This document shows positions 9,865-19,619 of a stretch of DNA of 64,000 nt, piece by piece. The stretch spans positions 19,042 to 83,041 of the forward strand of contig CAWAMZ010000036.1 in NCBI GenBank assembly GCA_963783315.1. Reading direction: 5' to 3'. Position 1 is the stretch's first letter. Each line of letters starts with the position of its first letter. A program made the position numbers and the translations under genes. This stretch comes from an uncultured Bacteroidales bacterium (lineage in GTDB: Bacteria > Bacteroidota > Bacteroidia > Bacteroidales > DASQZP01). The notes beneath the pieces are model-generated. The model had not been told where the DNA came from. It worked only from the letters and a program-made list of their open reading frames with translations, and searched no databases.

Positions 9865-11047
9865 CGGGCATGTTTTTAATATAAGTTTCCATGTCTTTAT
9901 CTCCTCTTCCTGAGAGGTTTATTACGACGGTTGCTTCGGGTTTAAATTGCATTTTTTCCATGGCAGCCAATGCATGTGCTGATTCAAGAGCAGGAATAAT
10001 CCCTTCTTTGCGGGTAAGAAGGAAGGCAGCATCGAGTGCTTCCTGATCTGTTACATGCAGGAAAGTTCCGCGGCCCGTCTCTTTCAGGTTGGCATGCAGC
10101 GGGCCCACTCCGGGGTAATCCAGTCCTGCAGAGATAGAATAAGGCTCGGTAATCTGGCCGTCTTCGTCCTGCATAAGCATGGTCCGGCTACCGTGAATAA
10201 TTCCGGTATGGCCCAGCACCATTGTAGCAGCCGATTCACCTGTATCAATACCCATACCGGAAGCTTCAACAGCAATCAGTTGCACCTCAGGGCGGTCAAG
10301 ATAATGATAAAAAGCCCCTGCTGCATTGCTTCCTCCCCCGATACAGGCAATAATATGGTCGGGGTAGTCACGGCCGGTCTTTTCTTTAAGCTGCCACATC
10401 ATTTCTTCTGAAATAACAGACTGGAACCGGCTCACCATATCCGGATAAGGATGAGGGCCCACCACTGACCCGATAATATAATGTGTATCTTCAGGATTAT
10501 TGATCCAGTCGCGAATAGCTTCGTTGGTGGCATCCTTCAATGTGCGGTTGCCACTGGTTACGGGTATCACTTCAGCACCAAGCATTTTCATCTTGGATAC
10601 ATTGGGAGCCTGGCGCTTAACATCGGTTTCTCCCATGTAAACAATGCACTTCATTTCCATGAGTGCACATACTGTTGCAGTTGCAACTCCGTGCTGACCA
10701 GCACCGGTTTCGGCAATTATGCGTTGTTTCCCAAGTAATTGTGCAAGTATGATCTGGCCTATTGTGTTGTTAATTTTATGGGCTCCGGTATGATTGAGAT
10801 CTTCTCTTTTCAGAAACACGTTGGTCTGATAATATGCTGACAATCTGTTGGCATAATAAAGAGGAGAGGGTCTGCCCACATAGTCACGGAGCAATAAATT
10901 GAACTGCTTCTTAAAGTCTTCACTTTCCATGATCGGCAAATACTGTGTGCGGAGTTCTTCCACATTCGGATACAACATTTCAGGTATGTAGGCTCCTCCA
11001 TAATTGCCATAGTATCCTTTTTCATCTACATGATAACTCATATTCAT
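9851..11047 (-). CDS. trpB: tryptophan synthase beta chain
   Basis: 398 aa. PLP-lysine motif [11 protein letters not shown] and GGGSNAAG. Confidence 0.95.
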   Translation of the reverse strand: MNMSYHVDEKGYYGNYGGAYIPEMLYPNVEELRTQYLPIMESEDFKKQFNLLLRDYVGRPSPLYYANRLSAYYQTNVFLKREDLNHTGAHKINNTIGQIILAQLLGKQRIIAETGAGQHGVATATVCALMEMKCIVYMGETDVKRQAPNVSKMKMLGAEVIPVTSGNRTLKDATNEAIRDWINNPEDTHYIIGSVVGPHPYPDMVSRFQSVISEEMMWQLKEKTGRDYPDHIIACIGGGSNAAGAFYHYLDRPEVQLIAVEASGMGIDTGESAATMVLGHTGIIHGSRTMLMQDEDGQITEPYSISAGLDYPGVGPLHANLKETGRGTFLHVTDQEALDAAFLLTRKEGIIPALESAHALAAMEKMQFKPEATVVINLSGRGDKDMETYIKNMPDEQN

Positions 11048-11049
11048 CT

Positions 11050-11682
11050 TTATTTTTTAAGTGTTCTCATTTTTTCAAGAAACAAGCTCAGCAATTGTTG
11101 ATTTTTAATCCCGGGCTTTGCTTCAAATTTACTGTTGATATCAATGGCATACAATGCCGGCAGCCGAAGAGACAGAATTTCGTCGGCATCATCAGGGCCT
11201 ATTCCTCCGCTTAAGAAGTAGGGTCGCAGACTGTTAAAATTATTTAGTACCTGCCAGTTAAATTTTCTGCCAGTACCGCCATAACTGCTGCTGCCCGTGT
11301 CAAACAAAAAATAGTCAGCACAGGGGCTGTAAACAGCCGTAACTGCAGGATCAAAATTGTCATCCACTCCAAAGGCTTTGATGATCTCAATACCCGCATT
11401 TTTAATTTTCCGGCAGTATGACGGTGTTTCGGTTCCATGAAGCTGCACCAGGTCGAGTCCATAATTCTTAACCGCTTCAATAACTGCACCTGCAGACGCG
11501 TTAACAAAAACTCCAACATTTTTGATTGTATGACCAGTTGCCCTGAATAATGCAGGATCAGGGTCTTCCCCAACGAACCTTGCAGATTTAGGGTAAAATA
11601 TAAAACCGGCATACTCTACATCCTGTTGAAGCAGGAATGCTGCATCCTGTATTGTGGTGATTCCGCAGACTTTTATCTTCAT
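11050..11682 (-). CDS. trpF: phosphoribosylanthranilate isomerase
   Basis: 210 aa. MKIKVCGIT start and a QLHG motif. Sits between trpC and trpB. Confidence 0.9.
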   Translation of the reverse strand: MKIKVCGITTIQDAAFLLQQDVEYAGFIFYPKSARFVGEDPDPALFRATGHTIKNVGVFVNASAGAVIEAVKNYGLDLVQLHGTETPSYCRKIKNAGIEIIKAFGVDDNFDPAVTAVYSPCADYFLFDTGSSSYGGTGRKFNWQVLNNFNSLRPYFLSGGIGPDDADEILSLRLPALYAIDINSKFEAKPGIKNQQLLSLFLEKMRTLKK

Positions 11683-11714
11683 GTCAGCTGTTTATATGGG
11701 TATCAAATAATAAT

Positions 11715-12545
11715 TCAATTATCTTTTTTAAAGTTTTCAAGCTGCCTGATAAAGGCAGCACATGCGTTGGCCGGATTATCTGTTTTCATGAACGTTTCGC
11801 CAATCAGAAATCCCTGAAAACCTGCTTTTTGCAGAGTGACTATGTTGTGTGGGTCACTCAGCCCGCTTTCACTGATCCTGACAAACTCTGCGGGAATGCT
11901 GCCGGATAAAATAACCGACTGTTCAATATCGACACTGAAATCTTTCAGATTCCGGTTATTTACACCAATAACATTGAGATGCTCACATATTTTTTTCAGT
12001 TCGTCTTTTTCATGCACCTCCATTAGTAGTTCCAGACCAAGTGAACGGGCAAAAGCGGCTAACTGTTTTATTTCCTTACTGCTTAGTACAGCCGCAATCA
12101 GCAGGATGGCATCCGCACCTATTGCCTTTGCTTCCAGGATCTGATATTCGTCAATAATAAAATCTTTGCGTAGTACCGGGCAATCGTTGGTTTCCCTCGC
12201 CATGGTCAGGTCCTTGTTTTCTCCGCCAAAAAATCTGTTGTCAGTCAGCACAGAGAGGGCTGAAGCGCCGGCTTTTACATAACCAGAAGTAATTTCTCTT
12301 ACCTGGGCTCCTTCATTAATCATCCCCTTTGAAGGAGACTTTCTCTTAAACTCTGCAATAATCCCTGAGTTACCCTCATGAAGCAGATATTCACTCAGGG
12401 AAAGCGTATTCCGATCCATGTAAATACTTTTTTCAAGGCAGGCGACAGGGTAATCCACTTTATTTTGTGCTACTTCCTGTTTTTTATGCTCAACAATATT
12501 ATCAAGAATGTTAGTCATTTGTATGGGATTTTCATTGCAATTCAA
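11715..12545 (-). CDS. trpC: indole-3-glycerol phosphate synthase
   Basis: 276 aa. IAEFKRKSPSKG and GVNNRNL motifs. Confidence 0.93.
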   Translation of the reverse strand: MNCNENPIQMTNILDNIVEHKKQEVAQNKVDYPVACLEKSIYMDRNTLSLSEYLLHEGNSGIIAEFKRKSPSKGMINEGAQVREITSGYVKAGASALSVLTDNRFFGGENKDLTMARETNDCPVLRKDFIIDEYQILEAKAIGADAILLIAAVLSSKEIKQLAAFARSLGLELLMEVHEKDELKKICEHLNVIGVNNRNLKDFSVDIEQSVILSGSIPAEFVRISESGLSDPHNIVTLQKAGFQGFLIGETFMKTDNPANACAAFIRQLENFKKDN

Positions 12546-13524
12546 TCAATTTCTTAAAGGCTGCCAATGCTTTACCGCTTTTCACGGATTCATCAGCAAT
12601 GCTTACACATTCAGTAAAAGAGCTCCCCGGATGCAGGCAGAAGAGTCCCATGGCTGCATTCCCTACAGCTACGTTGTGCTGTTCAGCAGTAGCCTTGTTC
12701 TTCAGTACGCTGATGAATATTTTTGCGGCTTCTTCAATGGTGGCACCTCCTGCAAGTTTCTCAGGTGAAATTTTATTAAATGAAAGTTCACCGGGTTCTA
12801 CTACCCGCTCTCCCTGATTAGTAATCAGCTTAAAAGCTGAAGTAAGAGACACCTCGTCATAACCGTCCAGGCTGTGGACGATAGCAAAATTTTTTCCGGT
12901 TTGCTGATACAGGTAACTGTACAACCTGGCGAGTTCCAGACTGTATACCCCTACCATCTGATTGCCCGGGAACGAAGGGTTTACCATCGGACCAAGCATA
13001 TTGAAAAATGTTTTTACCCCCAGTTCCCTTCGCACGGGCGCTACATTTTTCATGGCAGGATTGAACAACGGAGCATGCAGAAAGCAGATTCCTGTTTTGT
13101 CCATCTCATTTCGCAGTCTGTCGGGATCATTTTTAAATTTATAACCGAAATATTCCATTACATTGGAAGATCCGCAGGTAGAAGAAACGCCGTAATTGCC
13201 ATGCTTGGCCACCTTGCCTCCTGCTCCGGCCACGATAAAGGAAGCCAGGGTGGAAATATTAAATGTATTTTTGCCATCTCCGCCGGTACCACACAGGTCA
13301 ATGGTGTTAAAATCACTCAGATCCACCGGGATACAGAGATTCAGCAGTGCATCCCGGAAGCCTGATAACTCTTCAACCGTGATTGCACGCATAATATAAA
13401 CGCTAATAAATGAAGCAATTTGCGAATTGTTGTATTTTCCCTGTGCAATATTGGTAAGCACTGACTCAGCTTCTGAGCGGTCGAGTGTTTTATGGTCATA
13501 CAAGTGGTTTAGAATCTCTTTCAT
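12532..13524 (-). CDS. trpD: anthranilate phosphoribosyltransferase
   Basis: 330 aa. CGTGGDGKNTFNIST and KHGN motifs. 14-nt overlap with trpC. Confidence 0.93.
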   Translation of the reverse strand: MKEILNHLYDHKTLDRSEAESVLTNIAQGKYNNSQIASFISVYIMRAITVEELSGFRDALLNLCIPVDLSDFNTIDLCGTGGDGKNTFNISTLASFIVAGAGGKVAKHGNYGVSSTCGSSNVMEYFGYKFKNDPDRLRNEMDKTGICFLHAPLFNPAMKNVAPVRRELGVKTFFNMLGPMVNPSFPGNQMVGVYSLELARLYSYLYQQTGKNFAIVHSLDGYDEVSLTSAFKLITNQGERVVEPGELSFNKISPEKLAGGATIEEAAKIFISVLKNKATAEQHNVAVGNAAMGLFCLHPGSSFTECVSIADESVKSGKALAAFKKLIELQ

Positions 13525-13592
13525 TTCCTGATAGTATTTTAAGTTCGCTTTTTTTAAAATGAATAGTTTTATGAAGATTGTAAATGTTGTTT

Positions 13593-14171
13593 CTATTTCT
13601 TACTGCCAAGCCAGTTTTCAAGTAATTCCCTTCCATGGCTTGTAAGCACCGATTCAGGATGAAATTGTACCCCTTTGAGATCAAAGCTTTTGTGGCTGAT
13701 GCCCATGATCTGTCCCGAAGCATCTTCAGCAGTCAGGTCAAAACAATCCGGCAGGGTGCCCCTGTCTACAATCCAGGAGTGATAGCGACCAGCGGCAAAT
13801 TCTCCGGGCAGCCCAGCGAACAATGTTTCATCAGCTTTTTTAACATAAACAGGAGTGGCAACTCCGTGGAACACTGAATCAAGATTTATCAGTTTTCCTC
13901 CAAATACCTCAGCAATAGCCTGGTGGCCCAGGCAAACACCCAGAATGCTTTTTGTTTGTGCATAACGGCCAATGAGCTTTTTCAACAGACCGGCTTCTTC
14001 CGGAATTCCAGGACCTGGAGAAAGGATGATCTTATCATACCGGTCTATCTCCCCGAGTTGTATCCCGTCATTTCTTATTACATCTACTTTATTGCCGGTG
14101 ATTTGTTCGACTAAGTGCACCAGATTATAGGTAAATGAATCATAATTGTCAAAAACAAGTATTTTGCTCAT
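13593..14171 (-). CDS. trpG: anthranilate synthase component II (glutamine amidotransferase)
   Basis: 192 aa. Class-I GATase catalytic GVCLGHQ, and HPES near the C-terminus. Confidence 0.92.
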   Translation of the reverse strand: MSKILVFDNYDSFTYNLVHLVEQITGNKVDVIRNDGIQLGEIDRYDKIILSPGPGIPEEAGLLKKLIGRYAQTKSILGVCLGHQAIAEVFGGKLINLDSVFHGVATPVYVKKADETLFAGLPGEFAAGRYHSWIVDRGTLPDCFDLTAEDASGQIMGISHKSFDLKGVQFHPESVLTSHGRELLENWLGSKK

Positions 14172-14172
14172 A

Positions 14173-15570
14173 TCAGATTTCTTTAGCTAAATTGATGGCC
14201 GTTTTTAGCGCCATTAATTTATTGTTTACTTCATTCAACTCATTTTCCTCCTCTGAGGCCGCTACAATTCCGGCTCCTGCCTGGTAGAAGAGTGTGTTGT
14301 TCTTACTCAGGAACGACCGGATCATAATGGCATGATTGAAGCTACCATCAAAGCCGGCATATCCAATGCATCCCCCATAAAATCCACGACGGTTCTTTTC
14401 ATATTTGTCAATCAATTCCATGGCTTTGTATTTGGGAGCTCCGGAAAGTGTTCCTGCAGGGAAGGAATCGGCCATCACTTTGATCGTGTTATAATTTTCG
14501 GGTAGTTCACCGGAGACAACTGATACCATGTGGAGTACATGAGAATAGAACTGGATCTCACGGTAGGTGTCAACTTTTACCTTCGTTGCATTTCGGCTCA
14601 GGTCATTACGTGCCAGATCAACCAGCATGACGTGCTCAGCGTTTTCTTTCTTATCGGCCATCAGTTTTTCAGCAAGATCTTTGTCTTCTTCGTCGTTACC
14701 TGTTCTCTTAAATGTCCCGGCAATCGGGTGTATGTAGGCTTTCCCGCTGCGAATTTCGAGCTGGGCTTCAGGGGAAGATCCAAAAATGCGGTAGGTTCCG
14801 TAGTCAAAATAAAACAGGTAGGGAGAGGGGTTGATGGATCTGAGTGTGCGGTATACATTAAAATCGTCCCCGGTATATTGCTGTGAGAATTTACGTGAAA
14901 GGACAATTTGAAAAACATCTCCTCTTTTACAGTGTTCTTTCCCTTTGTTTACCATTTGTTTGTATTCTTCATCGGTAATATTGGAAGTTTCCATGCCTTT
15001 GGATGCAAAAGAATAGGTGGCATAATTGCGGTTGCTTAGCAAAGACCTGATCTCTTCAATCCGGCTTTTTTCTCCTTCAAGCAGGTTTTCCGTAATCGTC
15101 AGGGTGTTTTGAAAATGGTTGACGGCAATTACATACCTGTAGAAATTATAGCGCATTTCAGGAATTTGTTCTTCTTTAAAAGATTCCGCCCTGAGCTTCA
15201 GGCTTTCGAAATGTTCGATTGCGTCATAGGATGTATATCCAAAAACACCATTCACCTGCCCATTCTTTGATGTTATATTAAATGCATTTATAAACTCATC
15301 AAATTTATCAGCTACACTCACCCCGGAAGCTGAATTATTTTGCAGGTTGCCGTCAGGGAAACGTTCAGATATTCGCCCCTGGTTAACCATGAACTCAGCC
15401 AGAGGTTCCAGACAAATATAAGAATAGCTGTCTTTGTTTCCGTGATAATCTGAGCTTTCCAGTAAAAGCGAACCAGGATACAGGTCCCTTACCTTTAGGT
15501 AAATACTTACCGGGGTAATAATATCTGCCAAAATTTTGTGTTCCCGGGTTTCAAAAGTAAATTTTTTCAT
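14173..15570 (-). CDS. trpE: anthranilate synthase component I
   Basis: 465 aa. LLESS feedback-site motif (GSLLLESSDYHG) and a chorismate-binding C-terminal half (GTLSGAPK, GGCIGY). Confidence 0.93.
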   Translation of the reverse strand: MKKFTFETREHKILADIITPVSIYLKVRDLYPGSLLLESSDYHGNKDSYSYICLEPLAEFMVNQGRISERFPDGNLQNNSASGVSVADKFDEFINAFNITSKNGQVNGVFGYTSYDAIEHFESLKLRAESFKEEQIPEMRYNFYRYVIAVNHFQNTLTITENLLEGEKSRIEEIRSLLSNRNYATYSFASKGMETSNITDEEYKQMVNKGKEHCKRGDVFQIVLSRKFSQQYTGDDFNVYRTLRSINPSPYLFYFDYGTYRIFGSSPEAQLEIRSGKAYIHPIAGTFKRTGNDEEDKDLAEKLMADKKENAEHVMLVDLARNDLSRNATKVKVDTYREIQFYSHVLHMVSVVSGELPENYNTIKVMADSFPAGTLSGAPKYKAMELIDKYEKNRRGFYGGCIGYAGFDGSFNHAIMIRSFLSKNNTLFYQAGAGIVAASEEENELNEVNNKLMALKTAINLAKEI

Positions 15571-15600
15571 CTTTATTTTTTTAGATCGGTTAGGTTATTT

Positions 15601-15635
15601 AAAACAAAAAAGGCCTGCCGTGATTCGGCAGACCT
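15601..15635 (-). terminator. intrinsic terminator / candidate trp attenuator
   Basis: Minus-strand RNA reads AGGUCUGCCG-AAUCA-CGGCAGGCCU followed by UUUUUGUUUU. The 10-bp stem has one G.U pair on the minus strand; the same position is a C/A mismatch on the plus strand. The element ends 30 nt before the trpE ATG. Confidence 0.75.
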
Positions 15636-15666
15636 TTATATTATTGCATACAAGCAGGAACTGACA

Positions 15667-15729
15667 TTACTCACGGTATTTGAACATCGTGCAGTGCCAC
15701 CACCAGTTTGTATTTGAATATTGTATCAT
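15667..15729 (-). CDS. trpL: candidate trp leader peptide, 20 codons, MIQYSNTNWWWHCTMFKYRE
   Basis: Hand translation of the minus strand: ATG at 15729 and TAA at 15669-15667. Codons 9-11 are TGG TGG TGG. An A-rich tract precedes the ATG. The ORF lies between clpX and the terminator in front of trpE and is too short for the supplied ORF track. Confidence 0.6.
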   Translation of the reverse strand: MIQYSNTNWWWHCTMFKYRE

Positions 15730-15816
15730 TTTATTTTTCTGATTCTTTTGCTTTAACAGGAACAAAGAAAATAATTATTTATGAAAATAACAAACAACTT
15801 TGTCTTAAATTAATTA

Positions 15817-17037
15817 TCAGGCCACCTTTAGCTTTTTTATGTTTGTTTTATCCATTTTTTCCCTGGCATACTTAAGGGTTATTTCCAATTCCTTAACGTT
15901 TTGTGAGGGTAGTTCAAACATGGCATCCATCATTATTGCTTCACATATCGATCTCAGTCCCCTGGCACCAAGTTTATATTCAATGGACTTATCAACGATG
16001 AATTCCAGCACCTTATCTTCAAAGGTCAGGTTGATCTTATCCATCTTGAAGAGCTTCTTATACTGCTTAATAATTGAATTTTTAGGCTCAGTCAAAATGC
16101 TTCGCAGTGTTTCGCGGTCAAGCGGATTCAGGTATGTGAGAACAGGGAGCCGTCCGATAATTTCAGGGATAAGGCCGAAACTTTTAAGGTCCTGCGGTAC
16201 AATGTACTGTAATAAATTGTCGCGGTTAATCTGATTTTTATGGCGGTCGGAATTATACCCGATTACCTGTGTATTTAACCTGTTGCCAATTTTTCTTTCA
16301 ATACCATCGAAAGCGCCTCCGCAAATAAAGAGGATATTTTTGGTATTAACTGCTATCATCTTCTGGTCAGGATGTTTACGTCCTCCCTGAGGGGGTACGT
16401 TGATCACAGAACCTTCCAGGAGCTTCAGCAATCCCTGCTGAACACCTTCGCCGGATACATCCCGGGTAATTGAAGGGTTATCGCCTTTCCGGGCAATTTT
16501 GTCTATCTCATCAATAAAAACAATTCCTTTTTCTGCTGCTTCAACATTATAATCGGCCACCTGTAACAGGCGGGTCAGGATACTCTCAATGTCTTCACCA
16601 ACATAGCCGGCTTCCGTGAGTACGGTAGCATCAACGATGGTAAAAGGGACATGAAGCATCTTTGCGATTGTGCGTGCAAGCAATGTTTTACCGGTTCCGG
16701 TTTCACCAACCAGGATAATGTTCGATTTTTCAATCTCTATTTCTTCGTCAGTATGCCGGCTTACCTGCATCAGTCTTTTATAGTGGTTGTATACGGCAAC
16801 AGATAAATATTTTTTAGCCTCTTCCTGACCGATGACATACTGGTCAAGGAAACTTTTAATTTCAAGAGGCTTTAACAATTTTAACTGATTAAAATCAAAA
16901 CCTGTTTTGACACGTGTTTCTTCCTGCACAATATCATAAGCCTGCTCAATGCAACTGTCGCATATATGCCCTGATATGCCTGCAATCAGAAGATTAGTGT
17001 CTTTCTTATCTCTGCCGCAAAAGGAACACTTATCCAT
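15817..17037 (-). CDS. clpX: ATP-dependent Clp protease ATP-binding subunit ClpX
   Basis: 406 aa. N-terminal zinc ribbon CSFCGR...CDSC and Walker A GETGTGKT. Confidence 0.95.
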   Translation of the reverse strand: MDKCSFCGRDKKDTNLLIAGISGHICDSCIEQAYDIVQEETRVKTGFDFNQLKLLKPLEIKSFLDQYVIGQEEAKKYLSVAVYNHYKRLMQVSRHTDEEIEIEKSNIILVGETGTGKTLLARTIAKMLHVPFTIVDATVLTEAGYVGEDIESILTRLLQVADYNVEAAEKGIVFIDEIDKIARKGDNPSITRDVSGEGVQQGLLKLLEGSVINVPPQGGRKHPDQKMIAVNTKNILFICGGAFDGIERKIGNRLNTQVIGYNSDRHKNQINRDNLLQYIVPQDLKSFGLIPEIIGRLPVLTYLNPLDRETLRSILTEPKNSIIKQYKKLFKMDKINLTFEDKVLEFIVDKSIEYKLGARGLRSICEAIMMDAMFELPSQNVKELEITLKYAREKMDKTNIKKLKVA

Positions 17038-17048
17038 ACAATAAATTC

Positions 17049-17726
17049 TTATTTTTTCTCTTTTATCAGAACTTCATCAATCATGCCATAGGCTTTTGCT
17101 TCCTCTGAGGTCATCCAGTAATCCCTGTCAGCATCTTTTTCAACTTTTTTAAGCGTATTACCGGTGTGGTCCGCAATAATCTGATAAAGTTCTTTCTTTA
17201 ATTTCATAATCTCACGGGCAGTAATTTCAATATCTGATGCCTGCCCCTGAGCACCACCCATTGGTTGATGAATCATCAGCCTGGAGTGTTTGAGTCCCGA
17301 CCGTTTACCTTTTGTTCCGGCGGTTAATAGCACTGCACCCATGGATGCTGCCATTCCTGTACAGATGGTTGCTACGTCTGAACCAATCCACTGCATTGTG
17401 TCATAAATTCCCAATCCTGCATGCACCGATCCTCCGGGTGTATTGAAGTATATCTGGATGTCTTTATTGGGATCTGCTGAATCAAGATAAAGCAGCTGTG
17501 CCTGAATAATATTGGATACATAATCGTCGATAGGGAGTCCCAGGAAAATGATCCTGTCCATCATCAGACGTGAAAATACATCCATGGAGGCCACATTCAA
17601 CTGTCTCTCTTCGATAATCGTTGGTGAAATGTAGTTGTTATATACAGACATATAATCATGCATCCTCAGACTACTTATACCCATGTGTTTGGTTGCGTAC
17701 TTTTCAAAATCTTTTTTCTGATCCAT
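17049..17726 (-). CDS. clpP: ATP-dependent Clp protease proteolytic subunit
   Basis: 225 aa. Catalytic Ser motif GMAASMGA and His motif MIHQP. Confidence 0.95.
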   Translation of the reverse strand: MDQKKDFEKYATKHMGISSLRMHDYMSVYNNYISPTIIEERQLNVASMDVFSRLMMDRIIFLGLPIDDYVSNIIQAQLLYLDSADPNKDIQIYFNTPGGSVHAGLGIYDTMQWIGSDVATICTGMAASMGAVLLTAGTKGKRSGLKHSRLMIHQPMGGAQGQASDIEITAREIMKLKKELYQIIADHTGNTLKKVEKDADRDYWMTSEEAKAYGMIDEVLIKEKK

Positions 17727-17754
17727 ATCCGATTGCTGATATTTTATTTAGTTT

Positions 17755-19161
17755 TTATTTGTGATCATGATCGTGATTGTGGTCATGATCATGATCATGG
17801 TCGTGTTCAGCTTCAAACAATTTTTCAAAATCGTCCATACTGATTTTCTTTTCCTTCAAAGTTACTTTTTCTTTAACAAAAGCAAATATTTTTTGTTCCT
17901 GAACCTGTTCATAGATTCGCCGGCGATCCTGTTCCTTTTCCAGAATTTTCTGTGCAAAATTAGTCAGATGTTCATCGGGAACGTTGGGCATACCGTATTG
18001 TGCAAATTGTTGCTGGGCAACAATTTTAGCATGATTGAGCAGGTCAGTCTCTTCAACCTTAATATCGTTATCTTTGGCAATTTTGTTTTTGATCAGTTGC
18101 CATTTAAGATCATTTACAAATGCAGGAAATTCTTTTTCAAGTTGTTCTTCTGAGATTTTTCCTTCATTGGAGGCCATCAGCCAGCGCTTCAGAAACTCAT
18201 CAGGCAGACTAAAGTCTACTTTATTCAGGAGCATTTCCTTTGCATCGAAAGTAAACCTGTAATCCGCATCATTTTTCAGATTCTCGTCAATTTGCTCCTG
18301 TAACTTTGCCCTGAATTCTTCTTCCGATTTAACCTGTCCTTCACCAAACACTTTGTCATAAAATTCCTGGTTCAGATCAGCCTGTTTAAATCTTAGAATG
18401 GAGGTAATGGTGAGTTTAAAAACAGGATTTATTTCAGGAAGGGCTGCCTTGTCAACATTAAGCATGGTAGCCTGCTCTGTTTCATTCGGATAAGCTTTTT
18501 TGAGATCAAAATTTACTTCGCTGTCTTTTTTAAGTCCGGTAAATTGTTTTTTAATTTCTTCGTCCTTGATTACATCCACACTCATGGTTGCATTTTCCTG
18601 GAAGACGCCTCCTTCTTTTATCTCTCCGTTTTCATCCAGTTCAACCAGACGACCCTTCAGCAGCTCATTATCTGTAACCTCTTCCGCTTCCACATGATCA
18701 CCATAACGTTCGGTGTAGCTTTCAATATATTTATCCATCAGGTCGTTACGGGGAGTGACCTGATAGTAAACCACCTTGTCTTTGTCAGTCACAGTTAAAT
18801 CCAGCTCGGGAGCAATACCCAGGTCGAAAATAAATTCAAATTCAGACTGGTTATCCCAATCGATGGGTTGCTGTTCATCTTCGGCGGGCAGTGGATCTCC
18901 CAAAATATTGATTTCCTGCTCTGTTATATAGGATGATATTGATTCGGATACTAATTTATTGATCTCTTCAACCAGGACAGGTTTGTAATACATCTTATTA
19001 ATGAGACCCTGGGGAACCTTACCGGGACGAAATCCGTTCATGCGGGCTTTTTTCCGGTAATCCCTGAGCATTTCATCAACCTTTTCCTTATAATCGTCTT
19101 TCTCAATTTTTATCCTGAGTTTGGCATTGAGTTCATCAATGTTTTCTTTTGTAATGTTCAT
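17755..19161 (-). CDS. tig: trigger factor with a C-terminal His/Asp repeat tail
   Basis: 468 aa. GFRPGKVP ribosome-binding signature and tig-clpP-clpX order. Tail EHDHDHDHDHNHDHDHK. Confidence 0.9.
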   Translation of the reverse strand: MNITKENIDELNAKLRIKIEKDDYKEKVDEMLRDYRKKARMNGFRPGKVPQGLINKMYYKPVLVEEINKLVSESISSYITEQEINILGDPLPAEDEQQPIDWDNQSEFEFIFDLGIAPELDLTVTDKDKVVYYQVTPRNDLMDKYIESYTERYGDHVEAEEVTDNELLKGRLVELDENGEIKEGGVFQENATMSVDVIKDEEIKKQFTGLKKDSEVNFDLKKAYPNETEQATMLNVDKAALPEINPVFKLTITSILRFKQADLNQEFYDKVFGEGQVKSEEEFRAKLQEQIDENLKNDADYRFTFDAKEMLLNKVDFSLPDEFLKRWLMASNEGKISEEQLEKEFPAFVNDLKWQLIKNKIAKDNDIKVEETDLLNHAKIVAQQQFAQYGMPNVPDEHLTNFAQKILEKEQDRRRIYEQVQEQKIFAFVKEKVTLKEKKISMDDFEKLFEAEHDHDHDHDHNHDHDHK

Positions 19162-19379
19162 CCGTTTTTACCTTTAATATTATTTACGACCTGTAAAATT
19201 AAGCTTTTTATACAACAACACCCTGCACTATCTCCCATTTTTTGATCAATAAACCAATTGATCCAGTGAGTTTTGTTTGTGTATGAAACAGGGGATAAGC
19301 AGAGGGCTACCTAGTTAAAATTTATGCTGTGCCCGATCTCAAAACAGTAACCGGAGAAATAAAGACCAGGCCACATTTG

Positions 19380-19461
19380 TGCGGATGAAGGGACTCGAAC
19401 CCCCACGCCCGAAGGCACCAGATCCTAAGTCTGGCGCGGCTACCAATTACGCCACATCCGC
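19380..19461 (-). tRNA. tRNA-Leu (anticodon UAG)
   Basis: The reverse complement folds as a cloverleaf. Acceptor stem GCGGATG/CATCCGC, anticodon stem CCAGA/TCTGG with loop CTTAGGA, long variable arm TGCCTTCGGGCG, T-loop GTTCGAGT. CCA is not encoded. Confidence 0.9.
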
Positions 19462-19619
19462 AATTTTAGTGCGCAAAGATAACCAAATTTTTGACAAATT
19501 GCATTTTTTACTGAAAAAACGGGGATGTTTTTTTAATCAAAACCTTATACTACAGATAAATGAACAATCATCTTTTAGAACTGTTATGTTGCAAAATAAA
19601 AACCTTAAATAACCTGATT

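Noticed and set aside
17761-18153. 130-aa ORF starting MIMIVIVVMIMIMVV.
   Set aside because: It is a mirror image of the His/Asp repeat at the end of tig on the opposite strand, which makes it an artefact of the repeat.
19379-19612. 77-aa plus-strand ORF.
   Set aside because: Its first 80 nt are the reverse complement of the tRNA-Leu gene, so it is not a credible CDS.
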